The notes beneath the pieces are model-generated. The model saw nothing but the letters and a program-made list of their open reading frames with translations, did no database searches and was not told the origin of the DNA. Made by a program: the position numbers and the translations under genes. This document shows positions 51,654 to 62,555 of a stretch of DNA of 64,000 bases, piece after piece. Within the stretch, counting starts at the first letter, position 1, and each line of letters begins with the position of its first letter. Origin of the DNA: Histomonas meleagridis 2922-C6/04-290x (Eukaryota; Protista; Parabasalia); NCBI GenBank assembly GCA_020184695.1, contig JAANOX010000064.1:154285-218284 (forward strand), read 5' to 3'.

Positions 51654-52676
51654 TTATACATTATTTTCTTCTTCATCAGAACTTATCAAATGTTTCTCGT
51701 TCATTTCGACATTTTCTGAGTTAGTGAAGCTTTTTTCTGATGCGTTTTGGTCCATTGCTTCGCTGTTGAGGTTTTTCTCTTTGTATGGGAGCAATGTGTA
51801 CATTACAATTGAAATCGGAATAAATATAAAGCCGACGAGGTAAAGCCACTGAGCCTTCTGTCCAAACCACAATATGGAAATCAGAAGTGAGAAAAAGTTG
51901 GACGATAGAAGAGATATATTCATTTCGGTTGCATTCGAAAATTGCATCACAAGAGGAATACATGTGTAATATACAGCAAGGAGAATCGAGTAGCTAAATA
52001 TCATAACAAAAGACTTAGCTTGCCAATCGTAATTTTGGATTTTCTTATGTTCGAATATCCCGGATAAAGTCCCGGATAAAGGTGTAGAGATGATGGAGAA
52101 ACGACAGAGATAAAGAGAAACAGGAGCAGAGTAAACAAGACTTTCTTGAAGAACATTTGCAATTGAATATGAAATTGCTGAACATAATGCAAGAAGATTT
52201 CCGACCCAGCGTGAGTTACCAACACCATCAGCGACAAAAACAAGAGTAGCACCTGCAAAACCAATGAAAATGGAAATGATTTGCCAAATGGAATATCTGT
52301 GTTTTAAACAGAAATAAGATAATGGAGTAACCCAAAAAATAACAGTGGTACCAAGGAGCATGGCTGATGATAATGATGTGGTATTGTAAGCAGTAATGGA
52401 AAGAGTATCTCCGGCTAAATTAAATATTGAAACAAAAAAATATTTAAACCATGATATTTCGCTTTTTTTAAATGACCAAATATGAGCGATAAAAAGGAAA
52501 AAATAACATATTAAAAGTTGTAGAAACGGAAGAGTAGATCCATTGAATTGTGATAATAAGGTATTAATAACGTTAATTCCACATAATAATATGGAACATA
52601 ACTGCCATAGAATTAGAACTGCCCATTTGTTTTCAACCAAAAAGCGTGCTACTTTGTTTTGGCTGACCTCAATCAT
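51654..52676 (-). CDS. SLC35F (DUF914) drug/metabolite-family transporter
   Basis: About 10 TMs; LILWQLCSILLCG, LPFLQ, AYNTTSLSSAMLL, GNLLALCSAISYSIANVLQE, SNATEMNISLLSSNFFS. Confidence 0.88.
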   Translation of the reverse strand: MIEVSQNKVARFLVENKWAVLILWQLCSILLCGINVINTLLSQFNGSTLPFLQLLICYFFLFIAHIWSFKKSEISWFKYFFVSIFNLAGDTLSITAYNTTSLSSAMLLGTTVIFWVTPLSYFCLKHRYSIWQIISIFIGFAGATLVFVADGVGNSRWVGNLLALCSAISYSIANVLQESLVYSAPVSLYLCRFSIISTPLSGTLSGIFEHKKIQNYDWQAKSFVMIFSYSILLAVYYTCIPLVMQFSNATEMNISLLSSNFFSLLISILWFGQKAQWLYLVGFIFIPISIVMYTLLPYKEKNLNSEAMDQNASEKSFTNSENVEMNEKHLISSDEEENNV

Positions 52677-52958
52677 AAAATTTTACGTTCGTTGGAAATG
52701 AATACAATTAAACGTATCGGAAAATTTTGAATAGAAATTTACCAAAATTGAACGATCAGTTTCAATACAATCTTTTGGGAACCAGTCTGTAAATAAACGG
52801 CCGCAAAGTTCCTATGTTCCAAACAAATTTTACATTATTTCAGTATTTTCTTTAAGCAAATAAACACACATATTAAAGCCACTCATTTGGTAATTCAAAA
52901 AGATTTAATATAAATCACTTTTATTATATTAATATAATAATACAAACACCCGAACAAA

Positions 52959-53660
52959 CTATAACTGCTCTATTGACGACCAGTTCCCTTTTGTTGCCTT
53001 AGCCATTTTGATTTCAATTTTCTTTGAATCAGTGTGGATTGAACATTGTTTTGTATTGATTTCTTTAAAAAGATTTGAATGTATATTGATTTGAGGAATT
53101 GTATCAATTAGTACATCAACATTTTTTGGTGAATATTTGACTTTTATCTGTGATTCAGAAATATCTTTTGCATAAATAACAAGTGTAATGTGCGTCAATG
53201 ATTGATAAAATTCGTGCTTGACTGTGTTAACAATGGGGGATGATATTTTTGTTTCATAGCGAATAATTCGACGGGATAATTCATCAGAAGTAGCTATGCA
53301 AACAATACATCGTTGAATCCATCTCTTAGTTTCCATAGATGGCTGAATTCGATCACATTTTTCAAATGCTAGTTTGGCTGTATCAAATTCATTCATTTGA
53401 TATAATGCGCGCCCTTTTAATTTAAGAATTTCAGGGAGATCCCATCCCTTCTTTTCTGCAGATATGAGAAGTTCTAATGCTTGTGTAGGATTTCCAGTTC
53501 CAATTAGACAACGAGCTTTTGCACATAATAATCTTGGTTCAAGGGGATAGCAAATTCTTTGAAGAATTTCCAAAGCTTCCGTGTATTTTCTTTGTTCAGT
53601 ATAATATAAAATTGAAGATTCTTGAATAGTCCATTTTGCTTTCGGTTGACCCAATTCCAT
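52959..53660 (-). CDS. SGT1-like TPR + CS-domain co-chaperone (no SGS domain)
   Basis: TPR motifs (LKGRALYQMNEFDTAKLAF) then CS domain VKHEFYQSLTHITLVIYAK..KIEIKMAK...W. Confidence 0.75.
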   Translation of the reverse strand: MELGQPKAKWTIQESSILYYTEQRKYTEALEILQRICYPLEPRLLCAKARCLIGTGNPTQALELLISAEKKGWDLPEILKLKGRALYQMNEFDTAKLAFEKCDRIQPSMETKRWIQRCIVCIATSDELSRRIIRYETKISSPIVNTVKHEFYQSLTHITLVIYAKDISESQIKVKYSPKNVDVLIDTIPQINIHSNLFKEINTKQCSIHTDSKKIEIKMAKATKGNWSSIEQL

Positions 53661-53784
53661 TTTTTGTAATTAACTGATACAGTTAATTTTTTATGTCAAA
53701 TTTTTTTGGCTAAATATTATATAACACTTATAAAACGTATCTACATATTTAGATACAAGGAACGAGTTGAACATTTTTCGTTAT

Positions 53785-54790
53785 ATGTCTCTCCAACGCT
53801 TGCATTATTCATAAGATGTAAAAGATTATTATTCAAAAGATGTTCAACAAACAAATGATCTCAAATTTTCTGCATGTGTTCATATAAAACAAAAAACATC
53901 AAAATTTTAACAAAAAATAACAAATTGTTATAAAAAAATATTATGGATGTGGGATATCAATCCCAGAATCAATAAAAGGGTTGATGATTCTTGATTTAGG
54001 ATGTGGTACAGACGAGATTTTTTTAGTAACATCAGCTCTAACAGAGAAAGAAGATCATCTTATTGATATTGATATGACACCAGAACAACCAAAAATTGCG
54101 AATGATTAACTTGATTATCATTATTTTCAATTCCCAAATTCATCAAAAATCGAATTTAAAGAAGGTTTTGTTGAAGAATATTGGAATTTTAGATACAACA
54201 ATTTAAATATTTAATTAGAATTGTGTTATTAATTTAATTACCAATAAAATAAAAGTATTTGAAGAACTTCATTTAGTATTAAAAGAATGAGGAGAAGTTT
54301 ATATATCGGATATCTTTTCAAGCAAACCACTTAATGAAGAAGCACGACGAAATAAAATGTTATTTGGTGAATGTATTGGAAACGTTTTATATTTAACCGA
54401 ATTTGTTAGTATCATGAATAAAACAGATTTTCAGATATAACCAGTTGAAATTCGGGTTCTTGAAATTGATCCTTATACAAGATTTTATTCTATTACATTT
54501 CGTGCATTTAAAATAATATATTTGAACATGATGTTGGAATTTATCAAATAGGAATTGATGATAATGAAGAAGAATTTCAATTTGATTTAGTGTACAATTT
54601 TATTCGAAGTCAACCAAATCCAATTTCATCTAAATTAAAAGAAATTATTCAAAAATCACTTTTTTTGTAATTATTTTACATTTGATAAAGATGAGAATAT
54701 TAAATATCAAAGTGAATTAATTCCAGATGTATTAAATGAATGTTTATTGAAGAAAGGAAGTGAATGATGTGATTCATCATGTTGTTGAAA
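53785..54790 (+). pseudogene. AS3MT: Arsenite methyltransferase (AS3MT/ArsM) pseudogene
   Basis: Fragments DVKDYYSKDVQQTNDLKFSAC, YGCGISIPESIKGLMILDLGCGT..IDMTPEQ, IEFKEGFVE, KVFEELHLVLKE*GEVYISDIF, LFGECIGNVLYLTEF, YSITFRAFK are collinear with AS3MT. Many stops and frameshifts. Confidence 0.85.
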
Positions 54791-55319
54791 TAGTAACAGC
54801 AAATGAAATAAAAATTTATCAATAAAAACAAAATTGAAATTTTTCTTTACCTTGTGACATGCTAGGATACATAAACAGTCGAAAATTGTATTTTAATTTA
54901 AAAAAAAAAATAAAATGAATTTTTTCTCAATGGATATTAAAGCAAAAGTATTTCCGAATTTAATAATATATTGACCCATTCAAACATTCATCAGTTTAAA
55001 TTTTTTCATGTTTTGTAAGAAGAAAAGTTTAAAATGCACAAAATACTTTGTAACAAATATTTTCAATAATTTTTTAATAGAATAAAAATATATGTCAAAT
55101 TCTTGGATAATTTATATATAAAAAAATTTTGATTAAAATATATCATAGCTCTATTTTTATATTTTATCAATTTAAAATATGATAGACCATGAAATAACTT
55201 ACATTAATATGCATAATTAATTATTCTTAAGGTGTCATTAGATTAATAAAAAAACATTAACAAAAGAATCTTCGAATATATAATCAAATGTATGTATAAT
55301 ATTAAATGATATTAAAAAA

Positions 55320-55730
55320 TTTTACTCCACTTGTAGCTAAGGGTTCATTTATAGTACCAAGTATTAATATTACTACTTCTGACTTCCCCAATAGGGTAGA
55401 AATTTAAATGAAAATGCACATTTTAAAGAATTATAGAATTTAAAGCTTAACAAATTGTTTAGATTATATTTTAGATCATTTTTCATTCAAAAACATTCAA
55501 ATAAAGTTTGTTGGAGGCGATGCAGATCCATGTTATAGAAAAAGATTTGATAATATTAAAAGTTTATGGAATTGTAAATATTCATATGATGTTTACCATT
55601 GTTTAAAAAGATTACATAAAAATATTATTAATAATGGACCTCTTTATTTACAACCCTGCGATTTTCAATGTATAAATTGTATCAATAAGACAACACTACA
55701 AAAAATTGATACAATACCTGCAAATATTCT
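55320..55730 (+). mobile_element. Decayed DDE transposase fragment with DxxH motif (P/Kolobok/hAT-like)
   Basis: IKFVGGDADPCY...YDVYHCLKRLHKNII within a stop-interrupted frame. Confidence 0.4.
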
Positions 55731-56444
55731 ATAAATTTAAATTACTTTTTTCTCATATATTAATTGAGCCAATATATGTTATTGATATTGATGAACGGTT
55801 TGAAGAAATTGGCGAAAAGATGGAGAAAAAAGATAAATTATAAATGCCACACAACTAAATGTTAGTGGAAGATGTGGAAAAAGCATCATTGGGTGATACA
55901 GTGCATCAGCAAAGCCTGATAAAAAGTAAAGCTAATATGAAAAAATTCCAGTAACATTTTGATATTTGTAATTACTAGTTTTCGTATAGGCTGTGAAAAG
56001 TACATTTATCTTTTCAAGTTTTTGGCAAAATATCTTTTCTTTTTAAGATGTTATAGCTATGTTGAGGTGTCTGACGAATGTTTTTATTTGTTATACTTTT
56101 TCAATTTATATATTTGAAATAAAACATAAATATTTTAATATAAAGATGGAATAACAGAAAAATTTTAATGTAAAAAGATAAAAAATTTTATTATTCTGGT
56201 TAAATTTAGAGCATAAATTAATTTTATCAGAAAATGCCGAGTCTTATATGTTTTCTCTACATTGACAAACACCGTGTGCGATTGCCCCTTACCCTAAAAA
56301 GTTTTCGGTTTACTAGTATATAAATATTGGAAAGTGTGACATTAAATAGATAATATTAACAAATGCTCGTTAGAATAAAAAACCATTATATAGTTAATGT
56401 TAACTTTTATGAATAATTAATAGAAAATGAATGGTTTCAATATT

Positions 56445-59098
56445 TTATAAAATATTTTTAGCATTAATATCAATTCCTTCTTGTTCAAGAAGTAATTTAA
56501 CTATTTCTGTATGACTATTTCTAGATGCTAAAATAAGTGCTGTTAGAAATAATTTAAATAATTTTCAAATATTATTTTGAAATATGGAATTATTAAAATA
56601 AATTCTAAATAAAACAAATAATTATCTTTAGCATTAATATCAATTCCTTCTTGTTCAAGAAGTAATTTAACTATTTCTGTATGACCATTTTTAGATGCCC
56701 ATATAAGTGCTGTCCAAAATAATTTAAATAATTTCCAAATATTATTTTGAAATATTAAATTATTAAAATAAATTATAAATAAAACAAATAATTATCTTTA
56801 GCATTAATATCAATTCCTTCTTGTTCAAGAAGTAATTTAACTATTTCTGTATAACCTTTTTCAGATGCTAACATAAGTGCTGTCCAAAATAATTTAAATA
56901 ATTTCCAAATATTATTTTGAAATATCAAATTATCTTAATAAATATTAAATAAAACAAATAATTATCTTTAGCATTAATATCAATTCCTTCTTGTTCAAGA
57001 AGTAATTTAACTATTTCTGTATAACCTTTTTCAGATGCTAACATAAGTGCTGTCCAAAATAATTTAAATAATTTCCAAATATATTTTTGAAATATTAAAT
57101 TATTAAAATAAATTATAAATAAAACAAATAATTATCTTTAGCATTAATATCAATTCCTTCTTGTTCAAGAAGTAATTTAACTATTTCTGTATGACTATTT
57201 CTAGATGCTAAAATAAGTGCTGTTAGAAATAATTTAAATAATTTCCAAATATTATTTTGAAATATAAAATTATTAAAATAAATTTTGTCTTTAGCATTAA
57301 TATCAATTCCTTCTTGTTCAAGAAGTAATTTAACTATTTCTGTATAACCTTTTTCAGATGCTAAAATAAGTGCTGTTAGAAATAATTTAAATAATTTCCA
57401 AATATTATTTTGAAATATAAAATTATTAAAATAAATTTTGTCTTTAGCATTAATATCAATTCCTTCTTGTTCAAGAAGTAATTTAACTATTTCTGTATAA
57501 CCTTTTTCAGATGCTAACATAAGTGCTGTCCAAAATAATTTAAATAATTTCCAAATATTATTTTGAAATATTAAATTATCTTAATAAATATTAAATAAAA
57601 CAAATAATTATCTTTAGCATTAATATCAATTCCTTCTTGTTCAAGAAGTAATTTAACTATTTCTGTATAACCTTTTTCAGATGCCCATATAAGTGCTGTC
57701 CAAAATAATTTAAATAATTTCCAAATATTATTTTGAAATATCAAATTATCTTAATAAATATTAAATAAAACAAATAATTATCTTTAGCATTAATATCAAT
57801 TCCTTCTTGTTCAAGAAGTAATTTAACTATTTCTGTATAACCATTTTTAGATGCCCATATAAGTGCTGTTAGAAATAATTTAAATAATTTCCAAATATTA
57901 TTTTGAAATATAAAATTATTAAAATAAATGTCAAATAAAACAAAGAAATATTTTTAGCATTAATATCAATTTCCTTTTGTTTTAAAACGTATTCAACAAG
58001 TTCAATATTTCTTGATCCTGCTGAAAATACCAATATATCATGCGGAATTGAATGCTCTTTAAGAAAATATTCAACTAAAAAAATGTTTCCAATATTTGCT
58101 GCTTCATTAATAATATCATTATTGATTTTCATTCCTTCTTTAAGTAAAAATGAAAATATTTCATAATTAAAATATGAAACACATTTTTCTCCTAATTTTT
58201 TTAATTTATTAAAATCTTCAATTTTATTTTCATAAAGATATTTAAAGATATCATTTCGATGAAATTCTATTGCTGCTTCATATGCATCTTCAAATGATGA
58301 ATGATTTTGTTCACATAAATGAATGATTTCTTCATTCCCACCTGCAATTGCATATTTACCTGTGTTTTCTACTTTTGCATTGTTCATAAGCAAATATTTA
58401 AAACATTTAACTGATCTAAAAAATGCTGCATAATCAATTAATGTAACATTATAATCATTAACAAATGAACATCTTTCATAAAGTGATGGTTTTATTCTTT
58501 GATTAAAATCAAAATTTTCTTGCGATGTTATTTCTTGAAGTTTTTCTATTTCATCATTTAGAATTATTTTCGCAATTTCATTTGGATTATGCCCTTTTTT
58601 AATTAGTTTCTTATGTAATTCCCAATCATTCTTTGATAGTTCTTCATAATTTACAGAATCATGTCCCCTGAAATAGATTGCTAATTCTTCTTTAGACATA
58701 TAATGCGCAAAATAAGCACACTGGTTGTTTTTTACAATGTTCGGTTCAAGAAAATTATGTTCAATCATAGCTTCAAGAAGATAAGATGATTCATTTGTAT
58801 ACTTATTGATAAGAAATCGACCAAATATATCAAATATATTGGATTTGATTTTATTAATTTCTTCAAATGTTCTTATTTCTTTTATAATATTAAAAAATAA
58901 TTCAACATTATTATTTTTAATTACAAAGGAATTATATATCATTTGAATAATCATTAAATCATAAGATAAAGGATGGATTTCATCAAATTTGTTGATTATT
59001 AAACTTAAAGATCTAGAGAAATTTTCTTCGTTCATCCTAAAAATTGCTTGATTTATTGATAGATGTGTTTCCCAGTCGCAATGTTCATTTGGCCTCAT
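56445..59098 (-). CDS. DUF3447-like + ankyrin-repeat gene split by non-canonical spacers (locus C; structure inferred)
   Basis: First segment from 59098 is paralogous to locus B (IILNDEIEKLQ..TLIDYAAFFRSVKCFKYLLMN). Nine 93-nt ankyrin blocks follow, with spacers 77,77,77,60,60,77,77,77,77 nt, ending NAKNIL*TAAA at 56445. Confidence 0.65.
56461..57960 (-). repeat. Tandem ankyrin-block/spacer array, period 170 or 153 nt
   Basis: gcattaatatc recurs at 56461, 56631, 56801, 56971, 57141, 57294, 57447, 57617, 57787 and 57957. Confidence 0.97.
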
Positions 59099-60028
59099 GC
59101 GGAAAATATTAATATTAACGGATATATCAATTCAAATTCGTTCAAATAATTTGAATGAAAATTTGAAAGTATAAACTAGTGAAAAAGTTAAATTCGCCAG
59201 CCAAAGAACTCGAAACCGATTGAAGATTCGCTAATATGTATAGACGATAAAAATATTTCCCTTGATCATTCAACAGCAAAAACTAGTAAAATACTCATTA
59301 AATTTCTCTAGCTATTATAGCGGACAAAAATACCCAATAACAGCTCAAAATAATAGATTAAGATCTTGAAATCAAATTATTAATAATGAATCTAATGAAT
59401 ATATGAATAAAACCATAATATTCGAAATACATTTAAATTAGAAAAAAATGGATTTTTGATAATTTGATTATTTATTTAGATTTATGATAATAACTAATAA
59501 TTCATCATTTTTAAATTTCTAAGCACACCTTTAAGTATTATTGTACTTCAGCGTTTCTTGCTCCCTGTAAAATTGGATTTTTATGATCATTTTTCAACAT
59601 TCACAAGTTCCAAAAAATAAAAAACAGGAGTTTCACATGGTACCATGTGCATTTTAACTAGAAAGAATTATATGAGTTCATTAATTTTATGTGAACACAA
59701 AAAATGATTTTTGAAACACATTTTTTTACATCAAAAACAAAATATAATTACGTATTTATTTGCTCTAATCATTGTAATAAGATTTATTTGAAACAAAAAA
59801 ATTCCAATATATTAAAACAAATTTTGATCGAATTTTTGAAAATTCAATCACAACATGTTTTGTGTAACACAACACAAAATTTGCACTAGATAACAATAAG
59901 AACTAATATTAGAAAAAAAAAAATTCAATGAATATATAATCGAAATTTATTTGGAGGATCAAAATTAGATTAATTAAACAAGAAATAATTATGAAAGAAT
60001 ATTTTATATATTATTATTTGTTTAGTGA

Positions 60029-60706
60029 TTAATTAGTTTTTTTAATTTTTAGGTTCTTGTTCTTTTTATTTTTGTTTCTTTTTGTTTCTTTGTTTTCTCG
60101 AGTATCAATTTTGCCAATGTTATCTAAAGATGGACCACATATCTTAAGAAGGCCAAACGTGATCACAAAGACTGCAATTGCAACAAAGATTTGTTGATAC
60201 TTTGAATACCATGGCTTATATGAATATGTTTGAATTCTTGTTAATAATAATTCTTTAAAAGTCCTGTTACTGAATGAATATAATGAGATGTGTATTGTGG
60301 CAAGATTGATAATATTTACAGAATATCGAAAAGATTCATTGAAGATTCCAAACGCACCAACAAAATTTTTGTATGTTTCAATGAATGTATATTCTATAAT
60401 AGGAATATCTTCTGGGTCAGTAAAAATGAGACTTCCTTCTTGCTCACCAGTTACAATAATTTCAAATGATCCAACATATTCATGTGTCTCATTTTGCTCT
60501 GTTTCATTAATTGGAAAATCACCTCTATAAATTTTAGTTTCAAGTTTTTCTGATGTTGACTCTGATAAATTGAAAAAATAATATGATGGTTTTTGGTTAA
60601 TTCCTTCAATATCAGAACCGAATACCTCTACATTCCATTCCCCCATTATTATTCGTTTAATTTCAAAAGAAATGGTGAATGAGAAAAGGGTAGCGAATAG
60701 AACCAT
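60029..60706 (-). CDS. Hypothetical type I membrane protein
   Basis: Signal-like MVLFATLFSFTIS, beta-rich luminal domain, TM IFVAIAVFVITFGLL, Lys-rich tail. Confidence 0.75.
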   Translation of the reverse strand: MVLFATLFSFTISFEIKRIIMGEWNVEVFGSDIEGINQKPSYYFFNLSESTSEKLETKIYRGDFPINETEQNETHEYVGSFEIIVTGEQEGSLIFTDPEDIPIIEYTFIETYKNFVGAFGIFNESFRYSVNIINLATIHISLYSFSNRTFKELLLTRIQTYSYKPWYSKYQQIFVAIAVFVITFGLLKICGPSLDNIGKIDTRENKETKRNKNKKNKNLKIKKTN

Positions 60707-60776
60707 TATTGAAGCACCCTAATACAGACCGTTAAAAATAATAGCGCACCCCTCTGTAACTAATCATTTTTTTTTG

Positions 60777-61146
60777 ATGAGCACTGTTGATCAAACAATG
60801 CCAAGAAAATATCAAAACTCCTCATGAACAATTTAAGATTACAGGTTGTGTTGAAGGTGATCCGGCTGAAAGTAGAATTAGCAAATTAAAGTTTATATTG
60901 AAAGCACCAGAGGAAGATTGCAGAAAAGCTCTGGAAACTGCTGAAAACAATATTAATTATGCAACAGTTCTTCTTTTAGAAAGAGATATGAATGATTCAA
61001 ATGAACCAAAATAAAAGATTAAAATCAGTGAAAAAATACAAAGGGAGTTTTGTGGGAAACTGAACCTCTTTGAGATTTCTCAAGTTTTACTCATGTGCGA
61101 AAATAATGAAGATGAAGCTATCAAAATACTTCGTACTATGGTATGA
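60777..61146 (+). pseudogene. Tandem-UBA-domain protein gene with a frameshift and an internal stop
   Basis: The ATG at 60777 is out of frame with the UBA-like EEDCRKALETAENNINYATVLLL. After TAA (61012-61014) the same frame continues as KIKISEKIQREF..EISQVLLMCENNEDEAIKIL (second UBA-like). Confidence 0.6.
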
Positions 61147-61286
61147 TTATATTTAAATATATAAACATTCTTTCATTTTTTGGTATAGATATCTTTTTGC
61201 TGAGTGCACAATTTCTTTGAAGTATTTTCAAAAAAAAGTACTCCAACTGGGAGTTGAACCACTAAATCCACCAAATTTTTATTAAA

Positions 61287-62267
61287 ATGAACTCTGAAAC
61301 AATAATTCCGGCTTATTCAAGCTTATATGAATGGGAATTTGAACAAGATGATGAAAGGGCTTACATAAAGTTCAAATGTCCAAATAATTTTGATCCAAAT
61401 CTTCTTCAATTTGAATTTTCAGAAGATAATACAGCAGTTGCTGTAACAATAGAAGGTGTACTAATACCTGTTTTAAAAGGTATAATATATAAGCCAATTA
61501 CTGAATATGAAATTTCGAGATCTTCCCAAAAAGTTATTCTTTATTTAATTAAAGTTGAAAACGAGGAATGGCTGTTTCCTGTTTGTGGTCCTTATCCTGA
61601 TTCCAATGATATCGATCCAAAAAGTGCCTTTCTCCTATCACAATCAAATATTGAACCAAAAGAATCACACCAATTTCTAAACATATCTGCTTCCTATCAT
61701 TTCCTACCTGCGCTACGTTATCTTATTAGTCAACTAGAAGAAAATCCCAATCAAAATGATCTCATCAAAAACACTATAATTTCTCTTTATCGAATTGCTA
61801 TTGATGATTACGATGATCCCCTTTCCTCATTTAATTATGCTAAATACCTAATTAACCAAGGTTTTGAAAACAAATTCATATTTGACATTCTTCAATTTGC
61901 ATCTGAATCATCAATACCAAATGTCGTTACTCTTCAAGCGCAACTCCTTTCCAAGTTCTCCGGGATTCCATTTGAATGCAAAAGAGATCAACTTGCTGTT
62001 CAATTTCTCCAAAAAGCGATTGAAGAAAATGAAAATGATTCTGTTGCATTACATTTGATTGCAATGCATTACTGTTTTGGATGTGGCGTGAAAAAGGATA
62101 TCAAATTAGCTGAAAAATATCAAGAAATGGCATTGAAAATAAACCCCGATGTTGAACCACTTAAAGACCAAAAACAAGGCGTAAACAAGTTAATTATTGT
62201 ATCAGCAATTGCTATAACTGCCGTTGTTGGTTTCACTATTTTTAAGCATTTCAAAAAAAAATCATAA
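61287..62267 (+). CDS. CS/Hsp20-like + Sel1/TPR + C-tail-anchored protein (Tom36/46-like candidate)
   Basis: N-terminal YEWEFEQ..CS-like fold, Sel1-like LHLIAMHYCFGCGVKKDIKLAEKY, C-terminal TM followed by KHFKKKS. Confidence 0.7.
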   Translation: MNSETIIPAYSSLYEWEFEQDDERAYIKFKCPNNFDPNLLQFEFSEDNTAVAVTIEGVLIPVLKGIIYKPITEYEISRSSQKVILYLIKVENEEWLFPVCGPYPDSNDIDPKSAFLLSQSNIEPKESHQFLNISASYHFLPALRYLISQLEENPNQNDLIKNTIISLYRIAIDDYDDPLSSFNYAKYLINQGFENKFIFDILQFASESSIPNVVTLQAQLLSKFSGIPFECKRDQLAVQFLQKAIEENENDSVALHLIAMHYCFGCGVKKDIKLAEKYQEMALKINPDVEPLKDQKQGVNKLIIVSAIAITAVVGFTIFKHFKKKS

Positions 62268-62555
62268 ATAAATGTTATTTATGCAGATTCGTGATGACGG
62301 ATTTTCCGTTTTTTCGTTTTACATAAGATAAACTGTCGAAAACCTTTTTATATCTGATTACATATTGATCTAGTCTTCCAGATAAAAATGAATATGTTCA
62401 TTGTATTTTGAACCCAGCTAAAGAAAGGTATTTTTATAATATTCAGTATTAAAACCCCTTAAGAACAAACATAATTTTGATTGAAGTTAGTCATATTTAA
62501 ACGACCGTTAAATAAAATTAATTTAGCAAATTATGCGTTTAATTTAATGATTTAT

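Noticed and set aside
57611-57710. AT-AC (U12-type) intron reading of the spacers (aaa g|AT...gcAC|tt)
   Set aside because: In frame, but it would delete the DxxxxTAL core of every repeat. The 5' end does not match ATATCCTT, and some copies start AC.
57702-57779. Short internal GT..AG (22 nt) or GT..acAG in the 77-nt spacers
   Set aside because: Neither restores the ankyrin reading frame.
56461-57960. CRISPR-like repeat/spacer appearance of the ankyrin arrays
   Set aside because: The conserved part is 93 nt of ankyrin coding sequence, the spacers are homologous to each other rather than unique, no cas genes are present and the host is eukaryotic.
30-61146. Stop-codon reassignment to explain in-frame TAA/TAG in several relic genes
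   Set aside because: The same regions also carry frameshifts, and conserved intact genes terminate normally at TAA/TAG/TGA.
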